Notes: generated from the letters alone by a model not told the origin. Positions 50,352-63,439 are shown, numbered from the whole stretch's first letter. The stretch is DNA of 63,439 nucleotides, filler included, from Atractiella rhizophila (GCA_021432655.1; 3 parts of 3 records of this genome joined end to end with filler, not necessarily neighbours in it); one strand, 5' to 3'. Numbers and translations are program-made.

Positions 50352-51115
50352 TTACACCAATGTTAGCGTGACTACAAACATGTAATCGTGGGCCGTAATT
50401 GCATCCATATCGATGACTTCTCTTGCTGAAGAATTGTGCGACCCCTCCCTTCTTTCAAACCATACTTTGTATGCACCAATGTGCTTATGGATAAGCGATG
50501 TGACAAGGACGATATTAGTGGCCTGATCGCAGTTCTCCTCGTGGCAGTCGGCCCCAAAGATGGTTGATATCCACGACCAAACCTGATCTCCATTAATCAT
50601 TACCCAACGCAGAAATGCTTGAGGACAAACATCCAAACTCCAAGGTAACAGATGCCCTGCTTGGCACCGGGTCACCTTCCCGTTCAAACCACTCAGTCGG
50701 CAAGTTCCACTATCCCTCTCCCAGACCTAATGTCTCATTTAGCGAAAACTGTGCACTGGAACAACATGGAACAACCTTTTCTACTTCTCCTTGTTTCCTG
50801 CCCGTCGGTTCCTGAGCGAGTAAACCAACAGCTCTTTCGGACGGTGTACCGGATGCTGTTTGAGAATCCAGCGAGGGAATAGGACCACGAACTGCTTTCA
50901 CTACCATCCCTTCCATTCCATAACCATTCCACATCGTGAGACGCAGAGAACCCACTTGGTGCAATTAAAAACGCCCTCATGTCACGTATCCAGGACCATA
51001 CTCGGTTCCTCTGTCTCAAAACCTCCAAACAGAACCTGTTTTGGCAATCTTCCGCCGTACGAGGAGAGTTGGGATTGCGCTTCGTCCAGTCTTCCGCTAC
51101 CAAAGTCCTGTCCCA
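50352..51115 (-). CDS. HNH_2-type endonuclease-like protein, partial (5' end in gap), possibly degenerate
   Basis: VRKSCWFTRS..RCQAGHLLPWS..DQATNIVLVTSLIHKHIGAYKVWF resembles the fungal C-x-x-T / AHxxP / N-x-x-L-x-x-x-x-H pattern. Confidence 0.55.
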
Positions 51116-51215
51116 NNNNNNNNNNNNNNNNNNNNNNNNNNNNNNNNNNNNNNNNNNNNTTAATTAATTAANNNNNNNNNNNNNNNNNNNNNNNNNNNNN
51201 NNNNNNNNNNNNNNN
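51116..51215. other. 100-nt scaffold gap with TTAATTAATTAA linker
   Basis: Ns flanking TTAATTAATTAA at 51160-51171. Confidence 0.98.
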
Positions 51216-53213
51216 CCCCAACGTCTAGTTTCATTTTAGCTCCTATTCGACTTCTTCGATCTTCTCTGCAGCTTCTTTAACTTTCCACTTGAACTACTTC
51301 CATACAGATACGACGGAGCAGAAGCAACTACATGTACCGGGTTACCAAAGTGTCGAGCACCCTTTCTTTTTAGTGAGAACCTAGTTTATCTTCGTAATTT
51401 ATCGTTCGAGTTCCTACCGCTCCTACGAGTTCGTTTTGAGTTTCCGCTAGCACGGCTCCACCTTTTAGCAGAGTTACTTGAGGTTCGCGCCAAGTTGCTG
51501 GACCTTCGCTTCGTGCTTGTCCATTGCTTCCTAGAGTCACTGCGTCACCTACTTTCCAGTGCAAATTACCGCCTCTTGGTTGTCTTCCTCCTAGTAAACC
51601 CACTTGATCTCGTCCTTTAAGTTCGCACCTCTCTAGTTCCATCTCAGAGAGGTCAACAAAGAGGACAACCAACCTGACTTAAAAGCGTGTAGTCGTGGGT
51701 AACTGCTACTACGACCTTCGCTTTCGCTCGATTGGGCCAAATAACTGCTAGTTGAGTTTCTTAAACTTTTCGATCTTTGGCTCATGGTTTTCGTTGACCG
51801 AGCTGCACTACCACTGGAGCAGCAAGAGGCTCTCTTTTTACCGCGAGAGACACTGCTTGACCTTCTTTTCGCACCGGCACACGAGCTTGACCTCGTCCTC
51901 TTGAGATTTAGGCAAGTGAGGTACAGCGATGACCAGAGGCTCTAGCTTTAGTTCTTGTTTCCCCACCTCTCATAATAAGCATCGGATAAGCTCGACGCAC
52001 CTCAATAGTCGTAGGAGCGACTTCTTTCACTCAATACAATACAAACCGGCACGGCGCTAGATTAGTAGGGGCTTTCACTGCCTTGCGCTGGCTTTCTAAC
52101 GGAGAGATCTTCTGGTCGATGTCAGCCAACAACGAGTTCGCCTCTCACTTGCCCCACTGGCGGTCTTCGTGGACCTTCGGAACCTCAGTGTCGAAGCTTG
52201 CAAGTTCCTGTTGTACTGGCGGGAGTAAAGCCTTGACTTGCTATAGCAGCGAACGTTGAGTTTGCATAGGAGAGGTCCTCTTTTCGGAAATGGAAAGGAT
52301 GGGAACTGACCGCGCGAGCTGCTGTTACGTTCGTAAAATGCGTAACTTGTCCGACATGCACAGTCTTACCCTTTAGACTTTCTTAGCTAGTAGTGAGCTT
52401 TACGGTGCTACCTTCTGTTGTAAGTTCTTTAGCGGTTTGAGTTTTGTTGTCCACTACTGGACTTCTCCATACAAAAGGTAGCTGATGACTTACTACAAGT
52501 GCGATCCGCAGTCAGCTGAGCTTCGTCTTTGCTTTCTACATCTCGCCGAGTTTTCGCTTCAAAGGTTAAACGTCCGCTCAGAGCTCTCGAGGTTCTTCCT
52601 CCCAGAACTATTCCTGTTCAGGTAGTTTTGGGAGTTGTTTCTGGAGCTTTTTAGAGCGTTCGTTTCGCTTCTAGAGTGACCTTTCAACCTTTTCGTTGTT
52701 CCTTAGAGTCTACCGGATTCGTTCCTTTTTCCCCTGAATTTTTGGGTCGAGGTCCATGTGAACATAGTAAATAGGACCAAGTTTTCGAGATTGTAACTTA
52801 CACGTCTGTTTTTAGCCACTCGAGCTCTGTCGAAGTAGACTCGAACTACGACGTGCAAGGCTCACCGTACTGTTCCTCTTCCTTGACGAACTCGCCATCC
52901 GTCAGGAGAAGTGGTGACTGTCGTTAGATTCGTTTACATTTTGTCAGAGGACCTGCTTGTCAGACGATCTTGATTTCTTTTTCGCCTTCCCCTTCTTTTC
53001 TAGGCTGTCGATTTCTTGGAACACCTAGCGGACCTTTGCTGCAATGCTGTTCTCGCACGTATGTTCCGTCTCTACCTGCGTGCACACGCTCGACGTTCCC
53101 TTCTTCCAACTCAAAGTAGTAAGACGAGTGTAACGGAGATAAGTGAAGATAAGGAGTGCGAAATCTAGAGTTGGCGGAAGCTAGTGGAGTCGAGCTAGAC
53201 ATGCGCCGCTCCC
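51216..53213. other. Mirror-reversed (reversed, not complemented) segment holding the 3' exons of the adjacent coiled-coil gene
   Basis: No sensible ORF on either real strand; the base-by-base complement read left to right gives GVADQSKIEDKLKKLEETSKKLKGELDE.. with canonical introns. Confidence 0.93.
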
Positions 53214-56200
53214 TTTTGATTCGATCTTCGCTAGGGCGTCCCCTAACTGAGCACCCAGATCTTTCACCTTCTCATCCATTTCACGTCCCCTCTGTTCGAA
53301 CTGCTCGACCGCCGTCTTGGATAACTGAAGTTCAGTCTGGAGGCGTTCAACCTCTGCGTTGTTTGTCTCTACGGCAAAAGCTTGTTTCACCTCCATATCC
53401 GCAACGAGCTGGACACGTATGTCAGACTCGACTTAACCTGCACAGCTCATACAACGAGACACTCACCTCCAAACCACGATTACGAACGTTGTCCAACTCC
53501 TGGAAAGCAGCTTGCATTTCACCCAGTTTGAGCTTAAAGTTCTGCAGCATTGCGTCTCGTCGAACCTTCCTCGCATCTTCTTTCTCTAAGAATTTCAGGA
53601 TGGGCTCAGAAAGACGACGAATAGCTTCGTGAGACCTGTACCGGACATATCAAAACTTGTGGCCGTAATGGGTAAAGGTTTTGTACCAATTAAACTTGTC
53701 ACTTGCTTTCTTGGCCGTACTTTCGTAAAGATTGACCATATCGTCAACATACTGGCGAAGCTCGTCGTTCTCTTCCCTTAGTTCCCGTTCCCGCAGTTCC
53801 GTGTTCGGAGAAAGGCTTCGGGGCTACCAGTCATCGTTAATATCTAGCCAAACCACCGTCATGGAAGCTCACAATCAATTTTTCTCTCGTAGGCAAGTCG
53901 TTTAGAGCCGTTTCGATCTCGAGATGAAGCTGGTCCAATTGGGTAACTGCGCTCCGAGCTTCCGGAAATCCAAGTGAGTGCTCTGACGCTCTGCGTGCCT
54001 CGTCTTCCATCGCGAGGTAAGATGTTTCCGCCTCCTTCATTGCGTTTCTAGTAAGATCCGTGTGTGCGTTGATGTCTTGCGACCGACCTCGAAAATCTGT
54101 TGCATCTCGCTTGACTTTACCTGAGGCAAAGAGTACGGAGGATGTGGGAGAAATGGGATCGGCTCCGACCACAGGAGCTCCCATTGAAGGAAAGAGGGGT
54201 TGTTCTCCGGAAGCAGGAGTGGCTGGAAGCTGTACCGGGGTATTCGCAGAAGTTGAGATGTCGGTGACTACAGGAACTGGAGATGGAGGTACCTCTGCCG
54301 CAACAGGTTGCAGATCTTCTGTCGCCTGGCCTTTGCCTTTGCCTTTCTTCCCCTTCTTCTTGTTTTGGCTTTCTTCTTGTTTCTCAAGATCACGAGGGGT
54401 GCCTTCCAGCTTTCCAGAATTATCAACCTGCTTCTCCGAAGCCACCACCTTCACCTCCTCCGGCTCCTCTTTTTCTTCCTTTTCTCCCTTCTTCTTCTTG
54501 TCCTTCTTCTTTTTGTTTCCCTTGCCCCCCCTCTCGTCGCCCTCAATGATGGGTTCTTTAGTCACTGCCGTTATCGCATTCACAGCCGCCGCATCAAGCG
54601 TTGGATCCAATGCTACTGCTCCATCAACCGTAAACTGCGCTTCAACAGTAGTTTTCGGATCTTGAGTCGTAGGATCAAGTATCGGGTCGACTATAGTATC
54701 TGTCCTCTCGGGAACCGGTTCTACTGACACGTCCCCTGGAGGAACAGTTTGGACTGGCTCTGTTTTAGCCTCCTGTGTCGACGGAGCCTCAAGCCTAGGC
54801 TCTAATACCTCTTCTGGTGCAGGTGCTGTCGCGACTTCCTGACCAGGAGGAGGATCAAGTTCTGACGTATCATCCACAGCAGGAATAACAAATGTGGATG
54901 CTGTGTCTTCCGTCCCAGGAGGAGCAGGTGTGATGGCAGCAGCATCCACAGAGCTTTGTGCCGCTTGATCGTCAGCAGATTGTCCTGTCGTCTCCCCTTC
55001 TACAGGATTGACTTCCCCAAGAGCAGCGAGAGGGACCGTATCACCTGAAGGTTCATTCCGCGGAACAGCATTCGCATCAATACCATTGTCAGTCGGGACA
55101 GGTATGCCTTCTTCTGGATTCCCCTGAGCAGCGGCTTGATTATCGTCTATCGCAGCCGCACCTTGCTCATTCAGTTCGCCTTTCGTTGCATCCTGATCAA
55201 AAAATGATGGATCTTCTGCTGCTGGAGTCGTGAAGCCAGTCTTAGGTGTTGAAGGGGTGGTGGGAGGACTTTTCCAATCAAAGTTATCGACTGACTGGCT
55301 CCTCCCCTTCTTCTTCTTCTTCTTCCCCTTCTCTGTTAAAGACGTCGAATCCCCCGGATCCACCGTATTTCCATCCGTAGTCATCTACGAGCGGTTAGCA
55401 CAGATGGAGCTTGGTTGAGTGCACTTGCCAGTGTAGTGGCATCGGGACCAGCCGCCACATCCGTCACTCCCTGGCAGTCTCCCGCGACTTTCGATTCGTC
55501 CGCCTCACTTCCCGCAGCGTTCGATTCAGCTACACCAGCTCCCGAAACTTTCGTGTCGTCTTTGTCATCAGGCGTCTTAGGAGAAAGCTCCTGATTCTCC
55601 TGTGTAGGGCTGCTTGGACGCGTCGTCGTCGTACTCTCCGTCCCTCCTTTTCCTTTCTTCTTTTTCTTGCTCTTTGAGGTTGCCACCATCGTGGCTACTT
55701 TCCCGTCCGCAGCATCCATTATCTCAAGAATCGGCTTCTCCTCTTGTTCCCCTCCTGTAGGAGCAGGAGTCGTGGAGCCCGTAGCACCGGTGCTATTGGC
55801 TCCGTCCTTCCCCCTCTTCCCCTTCTTCTTCTTCTTCGAACCCTCGTTCCAATTATCTTCAGCGAAATGATTCTCTTCCCCTCCTTCTGCTTCCTGTTCT
55901 CCCAACTCTGGTGCAGCCTGAACACCCACCGTTTTCTCGCCATCGTTCGACTCTTCGATAATAGTAGCCGAATCCTTGGTGATTGGTGTGGTAGGATTCT
56001 CGACTTCCGGTTGCAAGGCTTCCGCATTCTCTGTCTCCCCGACGTTATCCTGGACGGATGTGGATACTTCTGGATTGTTCTCAACTTCCGGTTGCAAGGC
56101 TTCCGCATTCTCTGGGGTCTCCTCGACCTTATCCTGGATGGACGTGGATACTTCTGGACTAGTCGGCTCTGCTTCTCCATCAGCCTTCACTTCATCCTCT

Positions 56201-58874
56201 GCAGTCGCATCGGCAGCTTGACTAGTACGGTCTTCCGTTGAGTTGCCTGTTGAAGACCCTTTCTTGTTCTTTTTGTTTTTCTTCTGCACATTAGAAAACG
56301 CGAAATCCTCATTTACTTCTTCCTCTGGCTTGTCTTGGGGGTCACCGCCATCTTGATCTTGCGGCACAAGCTGAGCAAGGGCATTTCCAGCCGGAGTGCT
56401 TGGCGCCGTCGCCTCTTTTTCTTGTCCACTCCCCTTCTTTCCCTTCCCTTTTCCCTTCTTTCCTTTCCCAGACATCGGCTTCGCGCTCGAGTTTTCAACA
56501 GCAGGAATTACAGCAGCAGGAGCAGGAACGTGGGGTGTACGTGGTGGAGAGATTGGCAAAGAATCAGTAGTAGGCAAAACAGTCGACTCCTTTACTTCAA
56601 CGGTGGCGGTTTTCCCTTTCGATTTCGATTTCGCCTTCGCCTCACTGCGAGGAGAAAGAGGCGGTGAGATAGGCAATTCCTTTGGAGGAGTCTTGTCCTT
56701 TTCCTCCTTGGAGTCAGCAGCAGCTCCGTTGACGGCAACTGTTTCGGGGGGAGGTTGCCCTGGAAGTTGGTCTGGAGGAGGGAGGGGAGAACGTGATGGG
56801 GTATCGTTCGTCGGTTCCGGCCTGGTGGGGATTGGAGGGACTGAGGCGGCGGCCCAGGGATTGGCGGGAGGTACGAAGGATGATTGGGGTCGAGGGAGGT
56901 CTTCGAACGGATTTATATCTCGATTGAGGTCGAGGGGAGGGATGGAATCGAGCCTGGTCCTTCTAGCTGCCGCTGCGCTGGCACTGGCACTAGCACTGGT
57001 GGCGGTTGTCTGGAGCTGTTGAGGGGGAGTGGATGTGGTTGAGGATTTGGCGGATGAGGAATTCTTCAAGATGGACTTGCGCGTCTCCCTCGCTGCAGCT
57101 TGCGCTTGGGCAGTCTTTGAAGTGGTCGGAGCTCCGAAATCTTTTGTTCCCAAGGCACGGGGAGAGTATGCGAGTTCTTCGTCCGGCTCCGGACTGTGAG
57201 GGAGAGGGAAATCCTTTGGATCCCAATCCTGTCTTGCTCCACGAAACGACGCAGCAGAAGACCTCTTCGCCTTTGCCGTTGGAGAGGTCGTCTCGATCGT
57301 TCTTTGACCGTCAAGTTCCCTTGACTTTTGTTCGAGGTCGGCTAGAATTGCCTTTTCCATCAGGCTCAAAGTTCCGATGGGCTTGTTTTTCTCCGAACCA
57401 TGCGATTGAGTTTGATCCAAACGGGTCAGCTTGGGCATCAAAGTGGTTGGATCGTGATTGTCGATGTTGAAACTGGGGGAGGAAATGGAGATGGATTCGG
57501 ATGGGAGGGTGAAGGCGGGGTGGGGAGGGTCCAGGTGCCAGCTAGGCGAATCCTGGGTGATACTAGCTATAGCTGAATTCAAAAATTAATTTTCATCTTC
57601 ATCCATTGGGAGAGGGAGAAAACGCAGGGGGAAGGCGTGAAACGTACAAGTAGATATAACACTGCTAAATCGCTGATCGAGTTTTTGTTTGAAATTGGCA
57701 TTCCTCTCCATTCCTTCTCCCCTGCCCCTCCCCGCTCCCAAACCTCCAATCCGAGGGCTAGCGAACCCTCCCAATGTTCCTCTCGAAGGGGAACCAAATC
57801 CGGGAAAGGGAGACGCAGGTCTCATAATCTCACTGGCCCTTCCCAGCCCTGGCGCCGCCGCTCCTAAGCCGCTGGCGCTGATGGCAGGGCTCTCCATATC
57901 CGGTATAGTCTTGCCAGTGCTCGAGGGTGTATCTGTCCGTTTGAGATAGTGAGACAAATCTGGGGTCCGAACTGGACCTCCAGCAGAGAAAGGGATGGAT
58001 TGACCGAACGGATTGGAGGAACGAGATGTGGATGGACGAGGAGAGGCGGCCGAAGCAGACGCGGTGTTGAAGAGAGGGTTCGACGGATCGGGTGGAGCTG
58101 GAGAATTGGCCAAGGAGGGGATGAGGGAAGAGCGACCGTCCCTCGATCCGGGGGAAGGTAAGGAGGCATACATGTTCATGGCGGCCACCGCGCCAGCGAT
58201 CGCACTCGTACTAGCGGTCGACGATGACGATGCAGTTGTTGGCTCCTCCCCTTCATTCGAAAGCACGCTAGCGGCTGAAGAAGCCTTATCGCTCTCGTCT
58301 CTCTTGAATCTCCAGGTCTGGCTGATGGGTTCGTTCGGAAACCTGACCCTCCTCAGTCCTGCATCCTCAGCGGCGGATCCGGGCCTGGACGGCGTTCTTG
58401 AGCTCTGAAGTTTGGTTTGCTTGAGGGCCGGGATGAGGACAGGACGGTCTTCACCAAGCGAGGACAAATTGTTGTTGAGCATTTGGGGGATCGATGGACG
58501 GAGGGCTGAGGAACTGGAAGGTTCGAAGGAATCGAAGGCTTTCTCGGACGGCGTGTCTTCTCCTGGAGCGCGATTGGGTTGGGAGACTAAGGAGAAGGAG
58601 GTGTGGCCATCCGGTCGCTTGCTGCTGCCCCCGTTGGATGGGGAGAAGGTGGTGGTTATGGACGAGTGGAAAGAGGAGTCTGGGCGTGCGCCTTTGCGAG
58701 ATGTGGATTCGTGGGTTTCCAATTCTTCGGAAGCGTTCAAGCTCGTGAAATGCTACGAGATAAACACCATTCATCAACGCCTTTCTAAACAACTGGCAGG
58801 CAAGCCGTGAGGGGTCACGGAAGGGAGGGGTGACTGACCTCCTGAGAGAAGTTGTTCCCAAATCCAATAGGCAT
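53214..58874 (-). CDS. Very large low-complexity / coiled-coil protein of unknown family (continues into the mirrored segment)
   Basis: Long exons 57586-58740, 55381-57582, 53837-55384 joined by short introns; S/P-rich N-terminus, KKKKG patches, then E/K/L heptad region; start approximate. Confidence 0.8.
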
Positions 58875-59336
58875 GATTAAACGATAATTCAGACAATTAC
58901 GATGCACAATATTCGCTGGTGACCGTACAAGAAACGCGTAATGTCCTTTATGGCAGAGAGAAACGTCGGAGCTGTCAAGGGCGGGTTGGGCGTGTTTGGA
59001 CGAGTTGAGATCTTGAAAGTTGGGCGAATCGCTGCGTTCAAGATCATCGACGCATCCGCTAGCAACGAGATTATTCAACGAGTGCCATCTAAATTGATCA
59101 AGCTTCTGATATTAAGCAATGCTCATCCAAACCGTGTTGTCCTCAAACCGCCTTCCAGAGTTCTGCTTCTGCGTCTTTGTTCTCAACCTTTTGCTCTTTA
59201 CACTAAAGTTACACTTTATCTGGTGATTCAATACTACAGGTCAAACCACAAGTGCTGTCACGACGCCACAGCCTAGCATCATCCTCACTAGGTAAGTGCA
59301 CAAGTGTCAACTTCTCCTTGGACGCCTCACATTAGC

Positions 59337-60626
59337 CTACTCTGCATGAAATGGTGCAACATCCTTAACTCTCTCCCAAAGTTTCTCCATCGCTTCCAAA
59401 ATCCAGACATCCAGGGGACCTTTCTCCACCCATTCCAACCCCTCCTCAAGATGGCTCTTCCTACTAGTACCTAGAATGACAGCATCCCCTTTCCCCCCTT
59501 GCAGGGCAGAATGATACACAAGCCATCGCGTTGCGACTTCGGAAGCAGTGGGTGAGTTAGGATGCGCTTTGAGCGTCGAGTGAAACTCCTTGAGTGCAGA
59601 GAAGTAAGCGGGCTTGTGGAACCAGCTCCTGTATGCTGTTGCCAAACGAGAATCTCCCGCGAATCTGCAACGTTGTTAAGTCCACTGAGGTTGTGCCATA
59701 GAAAGAAGGATCATACCTTCCCGATGCGCTCTCGTCCAGGATATGTTTTTCTTGAAAGAAACCACCAGCAGTAGGTGAGTATGCGAAGAAGCTTATGTTG
59801 TGCTTTTGGAGCACGGGAAAAAGCTGCGACTCGACATTCCTGCCAACAATCCAGTCAGTATCCCCCATATTGATATGATCTGGGATATACCTCGCCAATC
59901 CATTATATTGTCCTTGATATACCGAAACCTTGACGAGATTGTGCTCTTGTGAAAGTCTGATCAACTCCTCGACCTCATCTACATGAAAATTCGACACTCC
60001 AAACTGAATCACCATCAGAGAGAGTAAAAAATGTTACTAGCAACATTTGACGAACTCACCCTCTCAAACTTTCCTTCTTTGTGCAATACATCGATTGCTC
60101 TCAATTGTTCGAGAAGAGGTGTTGACCTTTCGGGATGATGCAGATAAAAAGTTCTCACTTTAGAAACATTCAAGCTAATTCTCAACGTCAATACATCTCC
60201 CACAAGTCACGCGGATAAACTGACCGTTTCAAACTGCTTTCTAAGCTGTTCCTCAAGTTCTCCAAGTTATGGGCATTGGGTAACGCATAGTTAGCCTTGG
60301 TGTCTATCTTCCAGCCCTTCTCAGCCGCTTTCCACTGGCCAAGGAGCGCTTCGGAAGAGGTAGGAGCTCCCGGGGCATAAACGAATGCGGTGTCCTGAGC
60401 ATTCATCAGCTGCAGACAGTACTTCCAAATCTTTACTGACCACGCTCTTGAAACCTTTGGAAGAATAGAGCGGCAGATTCTCATCGAGGGCATCTAGCGT
60501 ATTGAGCCAATAAGTTCCCCCAATACTTCCTGCACTCCGTCGTCTTCAGCTTAGGACCGTCTCATCAAAGACATGGCACAACGCACCTCCACCAAATACA
60601 ATCTCGACAGGAACTTTGCTAGACAT
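59337..60626 (-). CDS. Aldo-keto reductase (AKR7 / aflatoxin B1 aldehyde reductase-like)
   Basis: DTAFVY, SEALLG, IDTK, FYLHHPE, FGVSNF, VYQGQYN, FFAYSPTAGGF, RWLVYHSAL, GDAVILG. Confidence 0.92.
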
Positions 60627-61887
60627 TTTACTTCTTTCCTGCTTCTTTCACTTAAGATAAGAACAAAATTAAATTCAACACAGGTACTTTATATGTTATT
60701 TGCAACCCTCGGACGCTTACAATGCAACGGCTGACCATTACCTCACTGCGTCCTCCCGCGGGACAGATAGCAAACTAGAAACGTAAACGCTGACCAACCC
60801 CAATATTACTGCATGATATTTTCCCATCAGGAGAAGTAGAGAAGAAGAGATATCTCCATGCGAAAGCTTCCACTTGCGCGGCAAACAATTATAGTGTCAG
60901 CAAACCGTATTTTGGACGGTAGCCCTATGAGGACCGCGACATGAGGGTAGTTACGGATAACCCATACTTGCGAAGATGTATGACAGGGTGTGGGGTATGG
61001 GATAGAGAAAGTCAGCGTCTCGACATTGCACAAGGCGAGGACGGCCAGGATCACAAGGCACACTTCGGTGACAACTCTGTAAATCTGTACCTGATGACCT
61101 AGGCAATATGTTAATAATTTGTAGTGGCGAGGTCTTTTGAATGGCGGAGGATCTTCTTCGAGTTTCTGGATCCTTCCTCTCAGCCATGAAGTTGCATAAA
61201 CGGGACAACTGTCTTCTTCGTCTCATCACTCCGAATAAAAGTGAGATATCTGCACGACTCTTTTTGGTTATTAATTGAATAACCATTTCTGCAATTGAAG
61301 GGGTCTGCCCTTCAACGCTCCCATACCTCATGCATAAACATGCAACTCACAAGTCCCCTTCTTGAGCCTACTGGCAAATCCTTCTTCATCATTTCTCTCC
61401 CGTGGTTCACGTTGACGCTCACCTGCTCGCTTGACTGCTGGAGCTCTCCTTCGCTAATTGGTCTGCTGTTTACAGCGTTAGCTGGTATTAGCCTTTCTCA
61501 GCAAATGGAAACCAAATATAAAACTAAGATGATCGTGAGTGCTGCGCGATTTCCTTGTTGCCAATGATTTCCAAATACCCGACCAACAAAAATACAACAA
61601 GTACTTGATATGCTTCGACTTCGGTAGGATTGGGCCGGGATCCGCGAAAACGGAATCCTTTTGTAGTGTGAGTGTGGAATGCTCAGGCAAGTGCTTTCTC
61701 TCACCAGCGATGGGTTGTCTTTTCCTCCCGAACTGCTCGAACTGCCTCACAGTTTCACATCCTCTCACATTGTACAATATTGTGTACCAGGTATAATGCC
61801 AGAACCGCCTTGATTACGTATTCCCATGCAGATGTTATTAAACTCAGAACGTTCCTTCATACATTCTGGCAGCCAGCCAAGCTGATT

Positions 61888-63131
61888 TCAATTCAAGCTA
61901 TTATAGGTTTGTCCCCCTTGGTTCAAATTACCGTTGTCATCCAGAAGAATCCCTTTGAACGCCCCAAAATACCTATGGCGCATATGAAAATAGTCAAAGA
62001 AAATAAACATGCTTACGCGTATCTTTCAAGACCAGGGAGATCCTCCAACCAAGGGATCATGGTGTTTAAAAACGTTGTAGTGTCGGCTGGTGTTGCACCC
62101 CAACCGGCCCACTAAATGCTCTTAAGTTAACTTTGTCTGCGATGAGGTAAATGCCCACCTCGGTCATCCAGCACTTCCTAGGTGCATAGTGCGTGACAGT
62201 ATCGTTGATGTAACCTTGAAAGTATCCTACGTTCCACGCCTGGTCATAGATGCTGGTATGAGGCAGTTTATAATCATTATCGATGAATCAAATGTACGGG
62301 ACCGCTTACTGGAAAGCAATGACATCTATAGTGCAGCCGGTGCAGGCGGCAAGGAATCTGTCAAGCCAATCCTTTCCCGTTGGTGGGCCACCATCTGCAG
62401 AATTTATTTGAGGTCTCTCCGGAAGACTTCGAAATCGAATCAAGTAGACGCACTGGTCACAGCTGGAGAGACAAGCTTGACTCTTCCAGCATAAGGTTGC
62501 ATGTACTTCCGCCACGCTTTGCCTTATATCAGCTTAATAGCCAATAGGTCTTACTGTACAGCACCTGTGACCGCTCGATCAACGTCCATATTAGCCTGTT
62601 AGTTTTGTTGTTAGGTTCCGCTTATAAGGAAAGAATGACGGTACTTGTTCCGCCAAATCCGGTTCATTAAAGCTGTGCGAATTTCAGACACAGTTTACAA
62701 TGAAGCACGCAGAGAAGGAACAAACTCACGCAAGGAGATGTGTCGCACCAGCCGCGATTGCCTTTTCGACATTTGCCTGCCACTCGGCGAGAGGCGGAGC
62801 ATCATTCCAAATCATGGGGATAAACTGCTTTCCAGTCAAACCGGAGGGAATTGCAGAACCCCTTGGTGTTCCTTTCAGTCAGTCCCACGTTCGACGTAAG
62901 CAGAGTTAGCTAACCAGTTGTAGGCCCATTTTACACTGTTTGCATCAATCAGGCTCTGAACCTTTGCTTCAAAGATCAAATCACTCACGACGAACCAAAT
63001 TTGTTCGCAAGAGCAACTTCATTGAAAGATATTCCCTTCTTTCCCGATCCTTGTCGTTTTTCCACCTCTATGGGGTTTGCCGCAGTTGTAGCGATAGAGA
63101 CTGCAGTGATGAAAGCGAAAAGACCTTTCAT
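61888..63131 (-). CDS. Secreted glycoside hydrolase family 128 (beta-1,3-glucanase-like), ~10 short exons
   Basis: Manual splicing: MKGLFAFITAVSIATTAANPIEVEKRQGSGKKGISFN, KWAYNW, FIPMIW, AFNEPD, KLVSPAVT, WLDRFLAACTGCTIDVIAFHIY, WMTE, LERYAYFG, GQTYNSLN*. Confidence 0.88.
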
Positions 63132-63439
63132 GGTGTTTGTGTGGTCATTCCCGACTTCGAGAGAGAGAGGAGGTGGTCCTCTTATGATCTATCCGGGCAG
63201 AGGAGCCTCATGCAGCTCTCACGCTGCTACCTTCTAATCGATTGATCATGAATCTCAATCAATCTCTGGCATTTTTGTCCACCGCGCTCAACGTCGCGTT
63301 AGCCTCCTTGGAACGAACTCACTCGCACTTCACAGGCACAAGCTCTTGCACATCGATCAGACGGTCCAGCGGGGCGACCATAAGTCTCGGGAGCACTCGA
63401 GGCGTTTGAGACTTGAGGATCCTCCGTCCTGCCTCGCTT

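Noticed and set aside
51370..53202. ORFs 51370-51672 and 52960-53202
   Set aside because: Chance frames inside the mirror-reversed block.
55381..55430. Programmed frameshift or overlapping stop/start between the 733-aa and 515-aa ORFs
   Set aside because: Explained by a 44-nt GC-AG intron with a good branch site.

Overview
Intron-rich fungal genomic DNA, inferred to be basidiomycete from the ~45-60 nt GT-AG introns, a FunK1 kinase and (TAACCC)n repeats. There are three assembly gaps (13610-14357, 25541-25640, 51116-51215). Bases 1-25540 are a compact housekeeping block: Argonaute, mitochondrial bL28, Gyp8-type TBC GAP, PI-PLC, RMT2, IDH2, a cytochrome-b5/acyl-CoA dehydrogenase, a Rid-family protein, a secreted protein, DUF2461 and the 3' end of RPT1. 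Bases ~25641-41480 are a repeat-rich mosaic island: CG-palindrome satellites, three copies of a hairpin-bearing transposon-like terminus, duplicated blocks, an orphan NLR-type TPR array fused to an interstitial telomere tract, and a FunK1 kinase. Further right are an F-box gene, a GH32 invertase, an HNH fragment, a very large coiled-coil gene, an aldo-keto reductase and a many-exon GH128. The most striking observation is that 51216-53213 is reversed but NOT complemented. Its plain complement read left to right is a spliced, in-frame continuation of the neighbouring minus-strand coiled-coil gene. This is most likely an assembly or processing artefact. Exon boundaries were placed by eye and no database search was run.
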